From contig OZ241917.1 of the NCBI GenBank assembly GCA_965203805.1, positions 2,752,001 to 2,816,000 on the forward strand: a stretch of 64,000 bases of DNA, in the 5' to 3' direction. Shown here piece by piece: positions 1 through 9,002 of the stretch; within the stretch, counting starts at the first letter, position 1; each line of letters opens with the position of its first letter. The position numbers and the translations under genes are program-made. The notes beneath the pieces were generated by a model, which saw only the letters and a program-made list of their open reading frames with translations, was not told where the DNA came from and did no database searches. Origin of the DNA: Candidatus Latescibacterota bacterium. GTDB taxonomy: Bacteria > Latescibacterota > UBA2968 > GCA-2709665.

Positions 1-123
1 GAATCTCTGTCGATTCTTGTAAAATCCGACAGTTACGGGATCGTGCGTCCATCTGACATCTCCGTCGCACTTACACCCTGAAGGATGCACTTCGGCAAGC
101 CCCTTCAAGACCCACAACAACAC

Positions 124-149
124 AGGGCGACCACAAGGGTCGCCCCTGC
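124..149 (-). repeat. Single REP-like palindrome (RAYT-associated type)
   Basis: Minus strand reads GCAG-GGGCGACCC-TTGT-GGTCGCCC-T: a GTAG-like foot followed by a GC-rich imperfect hairpin, just downstream of the citrate synthase stop. Only one copy seen. Confidence 0.55.
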
Positions 150-213
150 ATCCGAACAGGCAACAGCGCGACGGTTTCATCTTGCAAGGCAGTTCACCCG
201 CCCCGCTGCAACG

Positions 214-1350
214 TCATCTCTCGCCAACGGGCTTCCAGCGTCGGTCCGTCGCGCCGACGTATTCCGCCCGCGGCCGGATGATCCGGTCCTGCGCCCGCTG
301 CTCGAGTCCGTGCGCCGTCCACCCGCCCACGCGACCCACCGCAAACGTGGGCGTGAACAGCGCGGACGGCAGGCCCAGACCGTGCAGGAGCAGCGCCGTG
401 TAAAACTCCACGTTCGTCTCCAGATTCCGCCCGGGTTTGTATTCGGCCAGCAAGCGCACCGCGGTACGCTCCACCTCGAGGGCGAGATCGTACATCTTCC
501 GGTCGCCTTCTTCGCTGAAGAACCGCGCCGCCTCCGCTGCGAGCACGTCCGCACGCGGGTCCCGCACCCGGTAGACCGCGTGGCCGAACCCCATCAGCCG
601 CTCCCCGCGATCCAGTTTCGCCCGAAGGTACGGCTCGACGTTCTCGATGCTTCCGATCTCGAACACCATATCCAGCGCCGGGCCAGGAGCACCGCCGTGC
701 AACGGCCCCTTCAACGCGCCAAGGGCGCCCGTCACCGCGGAGATCATATCCGATTGCGTGGAGATGATTACCCGCGCCGTAAAGGTGGACGCATTCATCC
801 CGTGGTCCATCACGGTATTCAGGTACGTTTCCATTGCGCGGTTTCGCGCCGGGCTGGATTCCTCCCCGGTCAGCATATAGAGATAGTTCGCCGAATGCCC
901 CAGGTCTCGTCGCGGCGCTAACGGCTCCTCGCCGTTCAACGACCTCCAATACGAGGCAACCAGCGTGGGAAACCGGGCGACCGCCGTCAATGCGCCGGCG
1001 CATTCGTCAGCAGTGTCGATGGACCCGAGGCTCAACGTGGCCGCGCCCATTCTGAGCGCGTCGATTACCGGCGCGCGCTCCGCTGCAGCCGCCCGGAGTG
1101 CCGCGTGGGTCGCCTCGGGAATCCCTCGCCGCATTGCCAGCGCCTCCGTGACGTCGTTCAACTCTCCGGCATCCGGAAGCCGATCGTACCAAAGCAGGTA
1201 GAGCATCTCTTCGAACGACGCGTTGCAAGCCAGCGACTCCAGCGGATAACCTGCAACGGTCAATTTCCCCTTGTCGCCGTCGATGCTGCTCAGCCGCGTC
1301 CGCGCCGCGATCACGCCCTTAAGGCCGGGAACGAAATCATTCAGTGTCAT
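214..1350 (-). CDS. Citrate synthase / 2-methylcitrate synthase family enzyme
   Basis: Motifs PGLKGV, DHGMNASTF, GPLHGGA, LMGFGHAVYRVRDPR, NVEFY, RIIRPRAEYVG; RBS AGGAGG upstream. Confidence 0.92.
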   Translation of the reverse strand: MTLNDFVPGLKGVIAARTRLSSIDGDKGKLTVAGYPLESLACNASFEEMLYLLWYDRLPDAGELNDVTEALAMRRGIPEATHAALRAAAAERAPVIDALRMGAATLSLGSIDTADECAGALTAVARFPTLVASYWRSLNGEEPLAPRRDLGHSANYLYMLTGEESSPARNRAMETYLNTVMDHGMNASTFTARVIISTQSDMISAVTGALGALKGPLHGGAPGPALDMVFEIGSIENVEPYLRAKLDRGERLMGFGHAVYRVRDPRADVLAAEAARFFSEEGDRKMYDLALEVERTAVRLLAEYKPGRNLETNVEFYTALLLHGLGLPSALFTPTFAVGRVGGWTAHGLEQRAQDRIIRPRAEYVGATDRRWKPVGER

Positions 1351-1449
1351 ATGAACCTCCTGTACTGGGCGCGCATCCGCACGCGTTGTACAAACACCGG
1401 AACGAACTGTCCGAACATTTCGCTTTTGTCCTGAAATCTATGCAATTGC

Positions 1450-1486
1450 TATATATTGTCAATCTTGATTATACAATCAATATATA
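1450..1486. promoter_or_regulatory. AT-rich nested inverted repeats, putative operator between divergent genes
   Basis: TATATATTG (1450-1458) pairs with CAATATATA (1478-1486); TTGATT-atac-AATCAA at 1465-1480; ATTG-t-CAAT at 1455-1463. Confidence 0.6.
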
Positions 1487-1522
1487 CTATATTGTAGCGT
1501 GACCACAGAAAGGGGTCCGGCC

Positions 1523-2764
1523 ATGAAGAACGCCCGATATCTCACCGCCAGGGAGGCGGCAGGTGAATTGAACATCTCCGTGGACAGCCTCTACGCCTAT
1601 GTGAGCCGCGGACTGATCCGCTCCGAAGCGACCGGACACAATCGTCGATCCCGCCGGTACTACGCCGAGGACGTGCGCAAACTCAGAACGAGAAAAAGAG
1701 GCCGCCGGGACCCGGAGACCGTCGCGGAAGACGCCTTGCACGCCGGTGCGCCTGTCCTCGAATCGGCCATAACCCTCATCACCGACGACTGTGTCTACTA
1801 CCGGGGCCGCAACGCGCTGGTGCTCGCCCGGCAGCGCAGCATCGAACAGGTAGCGGCGCTCATCTGGACGGGCAATCCTGAGACGAAAATCCCCGCGATA
1901 GTCTCTCCCGATGCCAGTCCAATCTCGGCGAGCATTCATGCCACTGTGCGGCAACTTCCGGATATAAGACCCTTGGAAGCCTTTCAGATTCTGCTCCCGC
2001 TGGCCGCGCGGGAGGACCTCTCGGCCTACGACCTGCGGACGGAGTCCGCCGTCCGGACAGGCAGCCGAATCCTCTGCCTGCTCTCCACTCTCGCGGCCGG
2101 CAAAGAGGCCACGGGCACCGGCATCGCGAGTATGCTCGGGGACGCCTGGGCCCCGGACAACGACCACGCCGAGTTTCTCATCAATGCCGCGCTCATTCTC
2201 TGCGCAGACCACGAACTCAACGCTTCGGCCTTCACGGCGCGCTGCGCGGCCTCCACATGCGCGACCCTCTACGCCGTCGTCACGGCCGCGCTTAGCGCCT
2301 TCCAGGGCCACAGACACGGCGGCGCCAGCGAACAGGTCGAGGCCCTCTTCCTGGAAATGGAGAGCCGACGGGACTTGCGGCAGGCCATGCGCGACCGCCT
2401 CAAACGAGGCGAAACCCTGCCGGGATTCGGTCACGTCATCTACCGGGAAGTCGACCCGCGGGGAAAGCTCCTGCTCCGCATGCTCCAGGAAACCCACGGG
2501 GAGCATCCTGACGTGCGCCTCGCAGCCGCGATCATCCAGGCGGCCGCGGACGTCACCAGCCTCCCGTACAACGTCGACCTTGCGCTGGCAACGCTCGCCC
2601 GCGTTCTCAGCCTGCCGCCAGGGGGCGCGATGACGCTGTTCGCGATGGGCAGAACCGTGGGCTGGATCGGCCACGCCATAGAACAGTACCGGATCGGACG
2701 GGTCATCCGCCCCCGCGCGCGGTACGTGGGCGAACTCCCGGAGGAAACGACGTCAATCGGATAG
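1523..2764 (+). CDS. HTH (MerR/excisionase-like)-citrate synthase family fusion protein, probable regulator
   Basis: N-terminal YLTAREAAGELNISVDSLYAYVSRGLIRS HTH followed by a citrate synthase fold (ADHELNASAF, HGGA, PGFGH, NVDLAL, IRPRARYVG); ATG at 1523 follows AAGGGG. Confidence 0.88.
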   Translation: MKNARYLTAREAAGELNISVDSLYAYVSRGLIRSEATGHNRRSRRYYAEDVRKLRTRKRGRRDPETVAEDALHAGAPVLESAITLITDDCVYYRGRNALVLARQRSIEQVAALIWTGNPETKIPAIVSPDASPISASIHATVRQLPDIRPLEAFQILLPLAAREDLSAYDLRTESAVRTGSRILCLLSTLAAGKEATGTGIASMLGDAWAPDNDHAEFLINAALILCADHELNASAFTARCAASTCATLYAVVTAALSAFQGHRHGGASEQVEALFLEMESRRDLRQAMRDRLKRGETLPGFGHVIYREVDPRGKLLLRMLQETHGEHPDVRLAAAIIQAAADVTSLPYNVDLALATLARVLSLPPGGAMTLFAMGRTVGWIGHAIEQYRIGRVIRPRARYVGELPEETTSIG

Positions 2765-2842
2765 GGCATGAAAAACGGGGATTCCGTTCCCGATCCATTG
2801 GAAGGAATCCCCATGCTATTCGTGCCTTCAATCGGCTCTTTG

Positions 2843-4000
2843 CTATAGCCGAGGGCGGCTGCCCGTCCCGTACCCCACGAGTTCCACGTATCCCCGCCCC
2901 ATTGGGATGCCATTCAGGCCGATGATCTCCACCGCGCCTTCCCAGTAGAACATGGACTTCATCAGGTCACTGCGATTCTCCTGGTCCGCCATCACGGGCC
3001 GGAGGAACATTCGCAATCCCTCGCCCGGGATCGCGACCTCCCATCGCGCGGGGTAGACCGCGTCGGTCTCCGGGCTCTCCCACGTCTCCGTCGCGCGAAT
3101 GGAAAACGCCTCCGGCACCAGGTAGCGGGCGTACCCGCCCGCCAATACCATCGTCCCCCGCGAAAAATCCACGGCGCCAGTCGTATCGCGAAGCATGTAC
3201 AGCATTGCCTCACGTCCATCGTCAAGCTGCAGGCTGAACCAGTCCCACCCCGCCTGGTGGGGTTCGAGTTGTTGCGACCCGAATTCCTTGTCCATCCAGC
3301 TCCGGCCGGTTACCGCCAATCGCTCATCGGCCAGCCTGATCTCGCCGGTCGTCGCCAGGCGCGTAAAGCTGTAATACTGGCTGGCGGACGACGGTCCCTG
3401 CCCCTTCCTGCTGTACCCGGCCGGTCCCTGAAACACCAGCGGCTTCGCGGGTCGGGTCGACAGCGAAAACGCGATTCCCTGCCGGCTGTCCGTCATCGAA
3501 AGATCGAAACCGAACCCGTTCCAACGCAGGGTCCACGTCCCGTCCGTACCCGCTGGCGCCCGGCTCCAGGCGATGAGCGTATCGGGATACGCGCCGAACC
3601 CGCCCAGCAGCGGCGTGACCCGGTAGATGACCTCGCTGAACCAATGCCGTCCCGTAGCCGGATCGCCGATGGCCGCGTGGCCCATGATCAGATCGCCGGT
3701 CGCCCATTCCGACGCCAGCGAAGGCGTACGGGGCAACATCCCGACCCTGAAGAAGGTGAACTGGTACCCGAAACGCCGGCCGTCCGCGGACGCCAGATGC
3801 CCCGTAAAGTACCACCATTCGGTCTTGTATCCAGCCCTGGCCCAGTGATCGCGCGGGAAGGACCACGCGTAATCGGGGCGCGCCGCCTTCCAGTCCCCGG
3901 CATGGACCGAAGTTGCGGCGGCCAGCAGGCAAAAAGCAAGCGCGACCCTAATTCTGTTAACCGACGAGGAGGCGCGCTTCAGTATCATGATCGATTTCAC
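2843..4000 (-). CDS. AttH/CrtC-like lipocalin-fold secreted protein
   Basis: Signal-peptide-like N-terminus; motifs FPRDH, TEWWYFTGHL, FGYQFTFFR, YYSFTRL, WMDKEF, GWDWFSLQL, YWEG, GYVELVGY. Start codon uncertain. Confidence 0.85.
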   Translation of the reverse strand: MKSIMILKRASSSVNRIRVALAFCLLAAATSVHAGDWKAARPDYAWSFPRDHWARAGYKTEWWYFTGHLASADGRRFGYQFTFFRVGMLPRTPSLASEWATGDLIMGHAAIGDPATGRHWFSEVIYRVTPLLGGFGAYPDTLIAWSRAPAGTDGTWTLRWNGFGFDLSMTDSRQGIAFSLSTRPAKPLVFQGPAGYSRKGQGPSSASQYYSFTRLATTGEIRLADERLAVTGRSWMDKEFGSQQLEPHQAGWDWFSLQLDDGREAMLYMLRDTTGAVDFSRGTMVLAGGYARYLVPEAFSIRATETWESPETDAVYPARWEVAIPGEGLRMFLRPVMADQENRSDLMKSMFYWEGAVEIIGLNGIPMGRGYVELVGYGTGSRPRL

Positions 4001-4015
4001 GGTTCTTCGACTCGC

Positions 4016-4735
4016 CTAACGAAATACGGAGCTGAAGCGTCTCTTGACGCGGGGCTTTGCTTTCGTTTCCGGTTCAGTTGGAGGTTCCCCTTCTGGTTCC
4101 GGCGGAAGATCCTCCTCCGAGGGTTCTTTGAGATTTGTCCGGACGACGACGGTACCGGCAACGAAGTCGTGAATAGCCCGGCGTCTTCTGTTCGTGAGCA
4201 TGGTAATTAACTCGGCCACATACCATGCAATGACGACCCCAAAAGCCCACGCGCCGGCCGTAGAGAACTCGCCGGACGGCCACGTTTCGTTCCTCATCCT
4301 CAGAGTTACAAGCTCGTACGTGTCATTGGCCACAAACGGGATCGTGAAGAGAATCGGGATGCAATCCCGAAGGAAGGCATGCCTGAACGATATGGCGCTG
4401 TAGGTTTTGGCGTCGACGATCCGAACTCGCGTGACCATCTTGCCGAGTGTCTGCCCAAACCTGCCATGCATGAATATCGAGTAAGCCCAGTGAGTTGAAT
4501 TGTACGTCAGAATAGCCGTGACGCACACCCAGATCGGGGCATCGAATCGAAGGACGTAGTAATGGATCGTGCTCAACGGCCAAAACACCATGCCGTCAAC
4601 AAAAACCGCCAGGAACCTTGGCCAGAACGTCAGATACCGTTTTTCGGGCGAAACGGTTCTGTTTTCGTATCGCCACAACGCGATTAACGATGGCACGAGG
4701 AAGACAACCAATAACGTCGAATCCGTTTCTGTCAT
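4016..4735 (-). CDS. RDD family membrane protein
   Basis: FWPRFLAVFVD, GQTLGKM..RVRIV, RRRAIHDFVAGTVVV; several TM segments. Confidence 0.85.
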   Translation of the reverse strand: MTETDSTLLVVFLVPSLIALWRYENRTVSPEKRYLTFWPRFLAVFVDGMVFWPLSTIHYYVLRFDAPIWVCVTAILTYNSTHWAYSIFMHGRFGQTLGKMVTRVRIVDAKTYSAISFRHAFLRDCIPILFTIPFVANDTYELVTLRMRNETWPSGEFSTAGAWAFGVVIAWYVAELITMLTNRRRRAIHDFVAGTVVVRTNLKEPSEEDLPPEPEGEPPTEPETKAKPRVKRRFSSVFR

Positions 4736-6189
4736 ACGGACTCACTTTTTCCAACCCCCAGGAAGCCTGCCCGCCCGCGGCGGAAGAGTTCCCGCACGTC
4801 TTCGCGCTGACGGTCGGTGTTGTAACGTCCCCAGGTGTCGATCCATTTCAGCGAGTCGTCGATGCCGTTAATAAAATACCGGGCGGAATCCACGCGTTCG
4901 GCGGAGGGACGGCCGCACGAAAAATAGACCGGACTGCTGTGGGCGTAGATGGACTGGTCGAAACTGTCGCGCCCGTCCCCCCAGAGCCGCGCGGCGATCC
5001 AGCCGTCGCGATCGACCTCCACGCGGTGGCGGACGGCGCCTTTGCGTCTGCCTTCCGCCTCGCTATCGCTGTGAATCACGCGGCCGTTCATCACAATCTC
5101 CACGCGATGAACGGGATAGAAGGACGTATAATTCGCCTCGACGTCGAGCGAACCGCCGTTGGGCAACTGAACGGTTGATCCCATCGGCTGATCGTTGACG
5201 CGCAGATCGATGGCGGGGCCATTGGTGATGAACGTATTGCCCGCCTTCATGCCGGCGATCCAGTTCTCGTAAGAGAACGTATCGCTGGTGTTGACGTACA
5301 CGCGGTTGTTGGAGCAGACGAACCAGTCCGTGCCGGTGGAAGCGGGCAGGGCGATTCCGCAGTTTAGCAGCTTGTACCAGAGATCGTATTCGGGGTCCAT
5401 CCAGAAGGGATCGAAGAGGTTAAAGGCGTCCAGCTTCCCCAGCACCGCGGCAACCGGGGCTTCCATCCCGCGGCCGTTGTGGCACCAGATGACAATGCCG
5501 CCCTGGTCGCGGGCCTCGTCGCAACAGAAGCACAGGGGAGGGTAGTCCGGGTCGAACTGCGCGGTGAGGATATGGCCGCGGCTGACGGGCTGGACGAGGT
5601 TCCGGATGTTGAGAAACATCACGTGTCCGTATCCGAAACCCCATGGCGAGTTTTCGCCGTAGTGGCGGTTCTCTTCGCCGATGTCCAGGACGTGATGGGC
5701 GGTGGTGAAGTCGTTCATCACGCCGATGGGATATTTGTTGCTGGCGTACGGAAGTTGCCTTCTGTCCAGAACGCTGACGGCGGTCACATTATAGCCTTCG
5801 ACGCCGCAGTCGATGGCCAGCCTGTCGTCGGGGCGCGTTTCCTTTTCGTCGTAGTGGATGTGGGTGTTACCGGGATACCAGTTGTGTTCCTGCGGGAAAT
5901 ACCACCGGTTCAGGACGATCTCGACGTCCTTCGCCCCGTGTTCGGGCATGTCGACAATCGTGCGCAGGGGCTCGTATTCGGTTCCGCGCTCCACCAGTAC
6001 GTCGGTACGGCCCCGACCCGTCCGGACCTCGAAGGAACCCTCGCTAAAGAAAAACGGCGTGCCGGGGCCCCGCTTGAGCACGGCTTCGCGTGGATGCGTA
6101 AAACGGCCGTCGGAAGTCAGCACGTGGACCTTGGCGTCGATTGGCTCGCCGGTCGCGCCGTCGACAATGTGCCCTCGCAGGATGCCCAT
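4732..6189 (-). CDS. CehA/McbA-like PHP-fold metallohydrolase
   Basis: N-terminal carboxypeptidase-regulatory-like domain; WYPGNTHIH, GEE, GHV, WCH, STGTD, FITNGP, AHSSPVY; ATG at 6189 with GGAG RBS. Confidence 0.78.
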   Translation of the reverse strand: MGILRGHIVDGATGEPIDAKVHVLTSDGRFTHPREAVLKRGPGTPFFFSEGSFEVRTGRGRTDVLVERGTEYEPLRTIVDMPEHGAKDVEIVLNRWYFPQEHNWYPGNTHIHYDEKETRPDDRLAIDCGVEGYNVTAVSVLDRRQLPYASNKYPIGVMNDFTTAHHVLDIGEENRHYGENSPWGFGYGHVMFLNIRNLVQPVSRGHILTAQFDPDYPPLCFCCDEARDQGGIVIWCHNGRGMEAPVAAVLGKLDAFNLFDPFWMDPEYDLWYKLLNCGIALPASTGTDWFVCSNNRVYVNTSDTFSYENWIAGMKAGNTFITNGPAIDLRVNDQPMGSTVQLPNGGSLDVEANYTSFYPVHRVEIVMNGRVIHSDSEAEGRRKGAVRHRVEVDRDGWIAARLWGDGRDSFDQSIYAHSSPVYFSCGRPSAERVDSARYFINGIDDSLKWIDTWGRYNTDRQREDVRELFRRGRAGFLGVGKSESV

Positions 6190-6219
6190 CGTAGACTCCA
6201 AGGTTGAACTTACGCCCGC

Positions 6220-7380
6220 CTACCCGCCGAAAGCTTTCGCAAAGATCAGAAAATCGCCGAATCCTATGTCGCCGTCCCCGTCAAGATCATATCCCGCGTC
6301 ATAGCCCGCATCGCCTCGATTCAGCCCGTAGTTCGCGGCAAACTGCACGAAGTCGGCAAAGTCGACGGCGCCGTTGCCATCGAAGTCCGCAATGGCGGTT
6401 GGAGGGGCGATGCGCGGCGCCAGATTCCACAGCACAATCGTGCTGTCCTCGCTTCCACTGGCGAGAATCCTCCCGTCGGGAGAAATCGCCACGCTGATGA
6501 CAGGACCTGTATGCCCTCGCAGCGTGGCTTTCTCCTGACCACTGGCCACGTCCCACAATCGAACCGTACGGTCTTCACTCCCACTCGCGAGTGTATTCCC
6601 GTCCGGTGAAAATGACACAGAAACGACGTCCCCCGTATGCCCGATTAACTGGGTTCTTCGTTGACCACTGGCCACGTCCCACAGGCGAATCGTAGCGTCC
6701 TCGGTTCCACCGGCGAGAATCGTTCCGTCCGGAGAGAACGCCACGGACGAAATCCCGCGTTGATGACGCCAGAACGTGGCTTTCTGCTGACCCTTCTCCA
6801 CGTCCCATAGTCGAATCACACCGTCACGTCCTCCACTGGCGAGCGTCTTCCCGTCAGGCGAGAACGTCACGTAATAGAGATTCATACCCTGCCCGCGGAG
6901 CATGGCTTTCTCCTGACCGCCGGCCACGTCCCACAATAGAATATCCACAAGACAGACTGCGAGCGTACTTCCATCCGGAGAGTACGACAAGGAGACCGGA
7001 ACACTTATATACCCCTGTACCGACGTCTTTTCCTTACGGCTGGCCACATCCCACAACCGCACGACTCCGCTGGCGCTGGCCAGGGTTCTCCCATCCGGCG
7101 AGAACGAAACGGCATAGACATACCATGTATTCCCCGTAAGCCTGGCCTGCTCCCGCCCAACGGCCACGTCCCACAATCGAATCGTGCGGTCCCAACTGCC
7201 ACTGGCGAGCGTACTTCCGTCCGGTGAGAACGACAAGGACCAAACCCGGCCGGTATGCCCTCGAAGTGTGGCGCCGCGTTCGGGAAGACTGATGGGGTTA
7301 TTGTCTTGAGCGAGGCTGGTCTGCGCCAGCAGGACACACACAAACAGGACGGCAAATTCGAATCCATAGCTCTTTTTCAT
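6220..7380 (-). CDS. Secreted WD40-repeat protein with C-terminal dockerin/EF-hand-like domain
   Basis: Signal peptide; about 7 GH...FSPDG..LASGS.D.T.RLWD repeats; tail DFDGNGAVDFADF...YDLDGDGDIGFGDFLIFAKAFG. Confidence 0.92.
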   Translation of the reverse strand: MKKSYGFEFAVLFVCVLLAQTSLAQDNNPISLPERGATLRGHTGRVWSLSFSPDGSTLASGSWDRTIRLWDVAVGREQARLTGNTWYVYAVSFSPDGRTLASASGVVRLWDVASRKEKTSVQGYISVPVSLSYSPDGSTLAVCLVDILLWDVAGGQEKAMLRGQGMNLYYVTFSPDGKTLASGGRDGVIRLWDVEKGQQKATFWRHQRGISSVAFSPDGTILAGGTEDATIRLWDVASGQRRTQLIGHTGDVVSVSFSPDGNTLASGSEDRTVRLWDVASGQEKATLRGHTGPVISVAISPDGRILASGSEDSTIVLWNLAPRIAPPTAIADFDGNGAVDFADFVQFAANYGLNRGDAGYDAGYDLDGDGDIGFGDFLIFAKAFGG

Positions 7381-7449
7381 AGGCCGACCCTATTTTTTCA
7401 AATGTGGACCTCTCCCCCAGCCCCGCCTTCATATCGCCTGTGCGAACGC

Positions 7450-8616
7450 CTACTTGCCGAACGCTCTGGCAAAGAGGAGAAAGTCGGCGAATTCAATAGC
7501 GCCGTTGCCGTCTATATCATAACCCGTATAGTATCCGACGTCGCCGAAACTCAACCCGAAATGCGCAGCAAGCTGTAAGAAGTCGGCAAAGTCAACGGCG
7601 CCATTGCCGTCGAAATCCGGATCGGCGGGCTGCGGGGTGATATGCGGGGACATATTCCACAGGACAATCGTGCCGTCCTTACTCGCACTCGCGAGAATCC
7701 TCCCGTCCGGTGAGAACGACACGGTCCCAACCCAATCCGTGTGTCCCCGGAGGGTGACCATCTCTTCTCCGCTGGCCGGATCCCACAAGCGGACCGTATG
7801 GTCTTCGCCTCCGCTGGCGAGAGTACTCCCGTCCGGTGAGAACGACAGGGCCGAAACCCAGCCCGTATGCCCCCGTAAATGCACCTTCTTCCGTCCGGTG
7901 GCCACGTCCCGCAATCGAACCGTATCGTAGTTGCCGGTACTGGCGAGAATCCTCCCGTCCGGCGAGAACAACACGGTCCCAACCGAGCTCGCATAATCCC
8001 AATATGTGGCTCTCTGCCGACCCGTTTCTGCGTCCCACAATCGAACCGTAGCGTCATTGCCTCCGCTTGCCAGAGTACTCCCGTCCGGAGACCACGCCAC
8101 GGAATAAGCACTGGGCGGCCCTCGCAGCCTGGCCGTCTCCCGACGGCTGGCCACGTCCCACAAATGAACATCTGCAAGACAGGCGGCGAGCGTACTTCCG
8201 TCCGGCGAAAACGTCAATTCAGAAAAGGCCCTCGCATGCCCCTCCAGCGGCTCCTTCTGCCGACCGCTGGCCACGTCCCACAATCGAACGTCTTCGTTGC
8301 TGCTGGCCAGGGTTTTCCCGTCGGGCGAGAACGCCACGGAATTGACAAGCCCCGCGTGCCCCGTCAGTCTGCCCTTCTCCCGAAGTGCGACCACGTCCCA
8401 CAATCGGATCGTCGTGTCATTGCCCCCACTGGCAAGCGTTCGCCCGTCCGGCGAAAACGACACGGACGAAACCCCTGAGGTGTGCCCCCGCAGCACAGCT
8501 TTCTCCCGCCCGTTGGCCGGCGATCCCCCCTCCTGCGAAAACGATAAGGAACCCGCATGCGCCGACAGGGCGCAGACTAACAAAAAGCAGAAAACAAACC
8601 TGTAACGCTTACTCAT
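7450..8616 (-). CDS. Secreted WD40-repeat protein with C-terminal dockerin/EF-hand-like domain (tandem paralog)
   Basis: Same architecture as 6220-7380; tail DFDGNGAVDFADFL...YDIDGNGAIEFADFLLFARAFG. Confidence 0.92.
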   Translation of the reverse strand: MSKRYRFVFCFLLVCALSAHAGSLSFSQEGGSPANGREKAVLRGHTSGVSSVSFSPDGRTLASGGNDTTIRLWDVVALREKGRLTGHAGLVNSVAFSPDGKTLASSNEDVRLWDVASGRQKEPLEGHARAFSELTFSPDGSTLAACLADVHLWDVASRRETARLRGPPSAYSVAWSPDGSTLASGGNDATVRLWDAETGRQRATYWDYASSVGTVLFSPDGRILASTGNYDTVRLRDVATGRKKVHLRGHTGWVSALSFSPDGSTLASGGEDHTVRLWDPASGEEMVTLRGHTDWVGTVSFSPDGRILASASKDGTIVLWNMSPHITPQPADPDFDGNGAVDFADFLQLAAHFGLSFGDVGYYTGYDIDGNGAIEFADFLLFARAFGK

Positions 8617-8739
8617 CGGTTAACTCCTTTACGATTTCAGATGACGGGATATTCACGAGCACTTCACGCCTTCCTGGCGTCAACCCGCCTATGAATACGA
8701 CAATCCGGACAGCCAGCAGATCGTGACGCACCGACCAAA

Positions 8740-8922
8740 ACCTGCAATGCGCGCACGTCCAAACCGAATCGCCGTGCGACTTTTAGCGGGTCAACTTCAT
8801 GCCGTGGCGAAGGGCGCGAATCCGTTCGGCGGTTGGGTCATCTACGATTCGGCACGCACATGGGCGAGCACTTCACCAAGTGCGGTCTCGATCGTATTTC
8901 CCAATGGAGTCTGTTCAGTCGT
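8740..8922 (-). pseudogene. Degraded XRE/YiaG-like (HigA-type) HTH antitoxin or regulator
   Basis: After RBS AAGGAA the start reads ACG. Pieces in different frames: TEQTPLGNTIETALGEVLAHVR / RIVDDPTAERIRALRHGMKLTR*K / ARRFGLDVRALQ, an XRE HTH with frameshifts and a stop. Confidence 0.7.
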
Positions 8923-9002
8923 TTCCTTGAATCCCAAACTGACCCTCCCAGTGTTGTGTCTCAACACCGAAGCGGCGGAGTCCAGATGAGGGCTGCGTGT
9001 TG

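Noticed and set aside
6220-8616. WD40 paralogs as a diversity-generating retroelement template/variable pair
   Set aside because: No reverse transcriptase is present, and differences do not appear confined to adenines.
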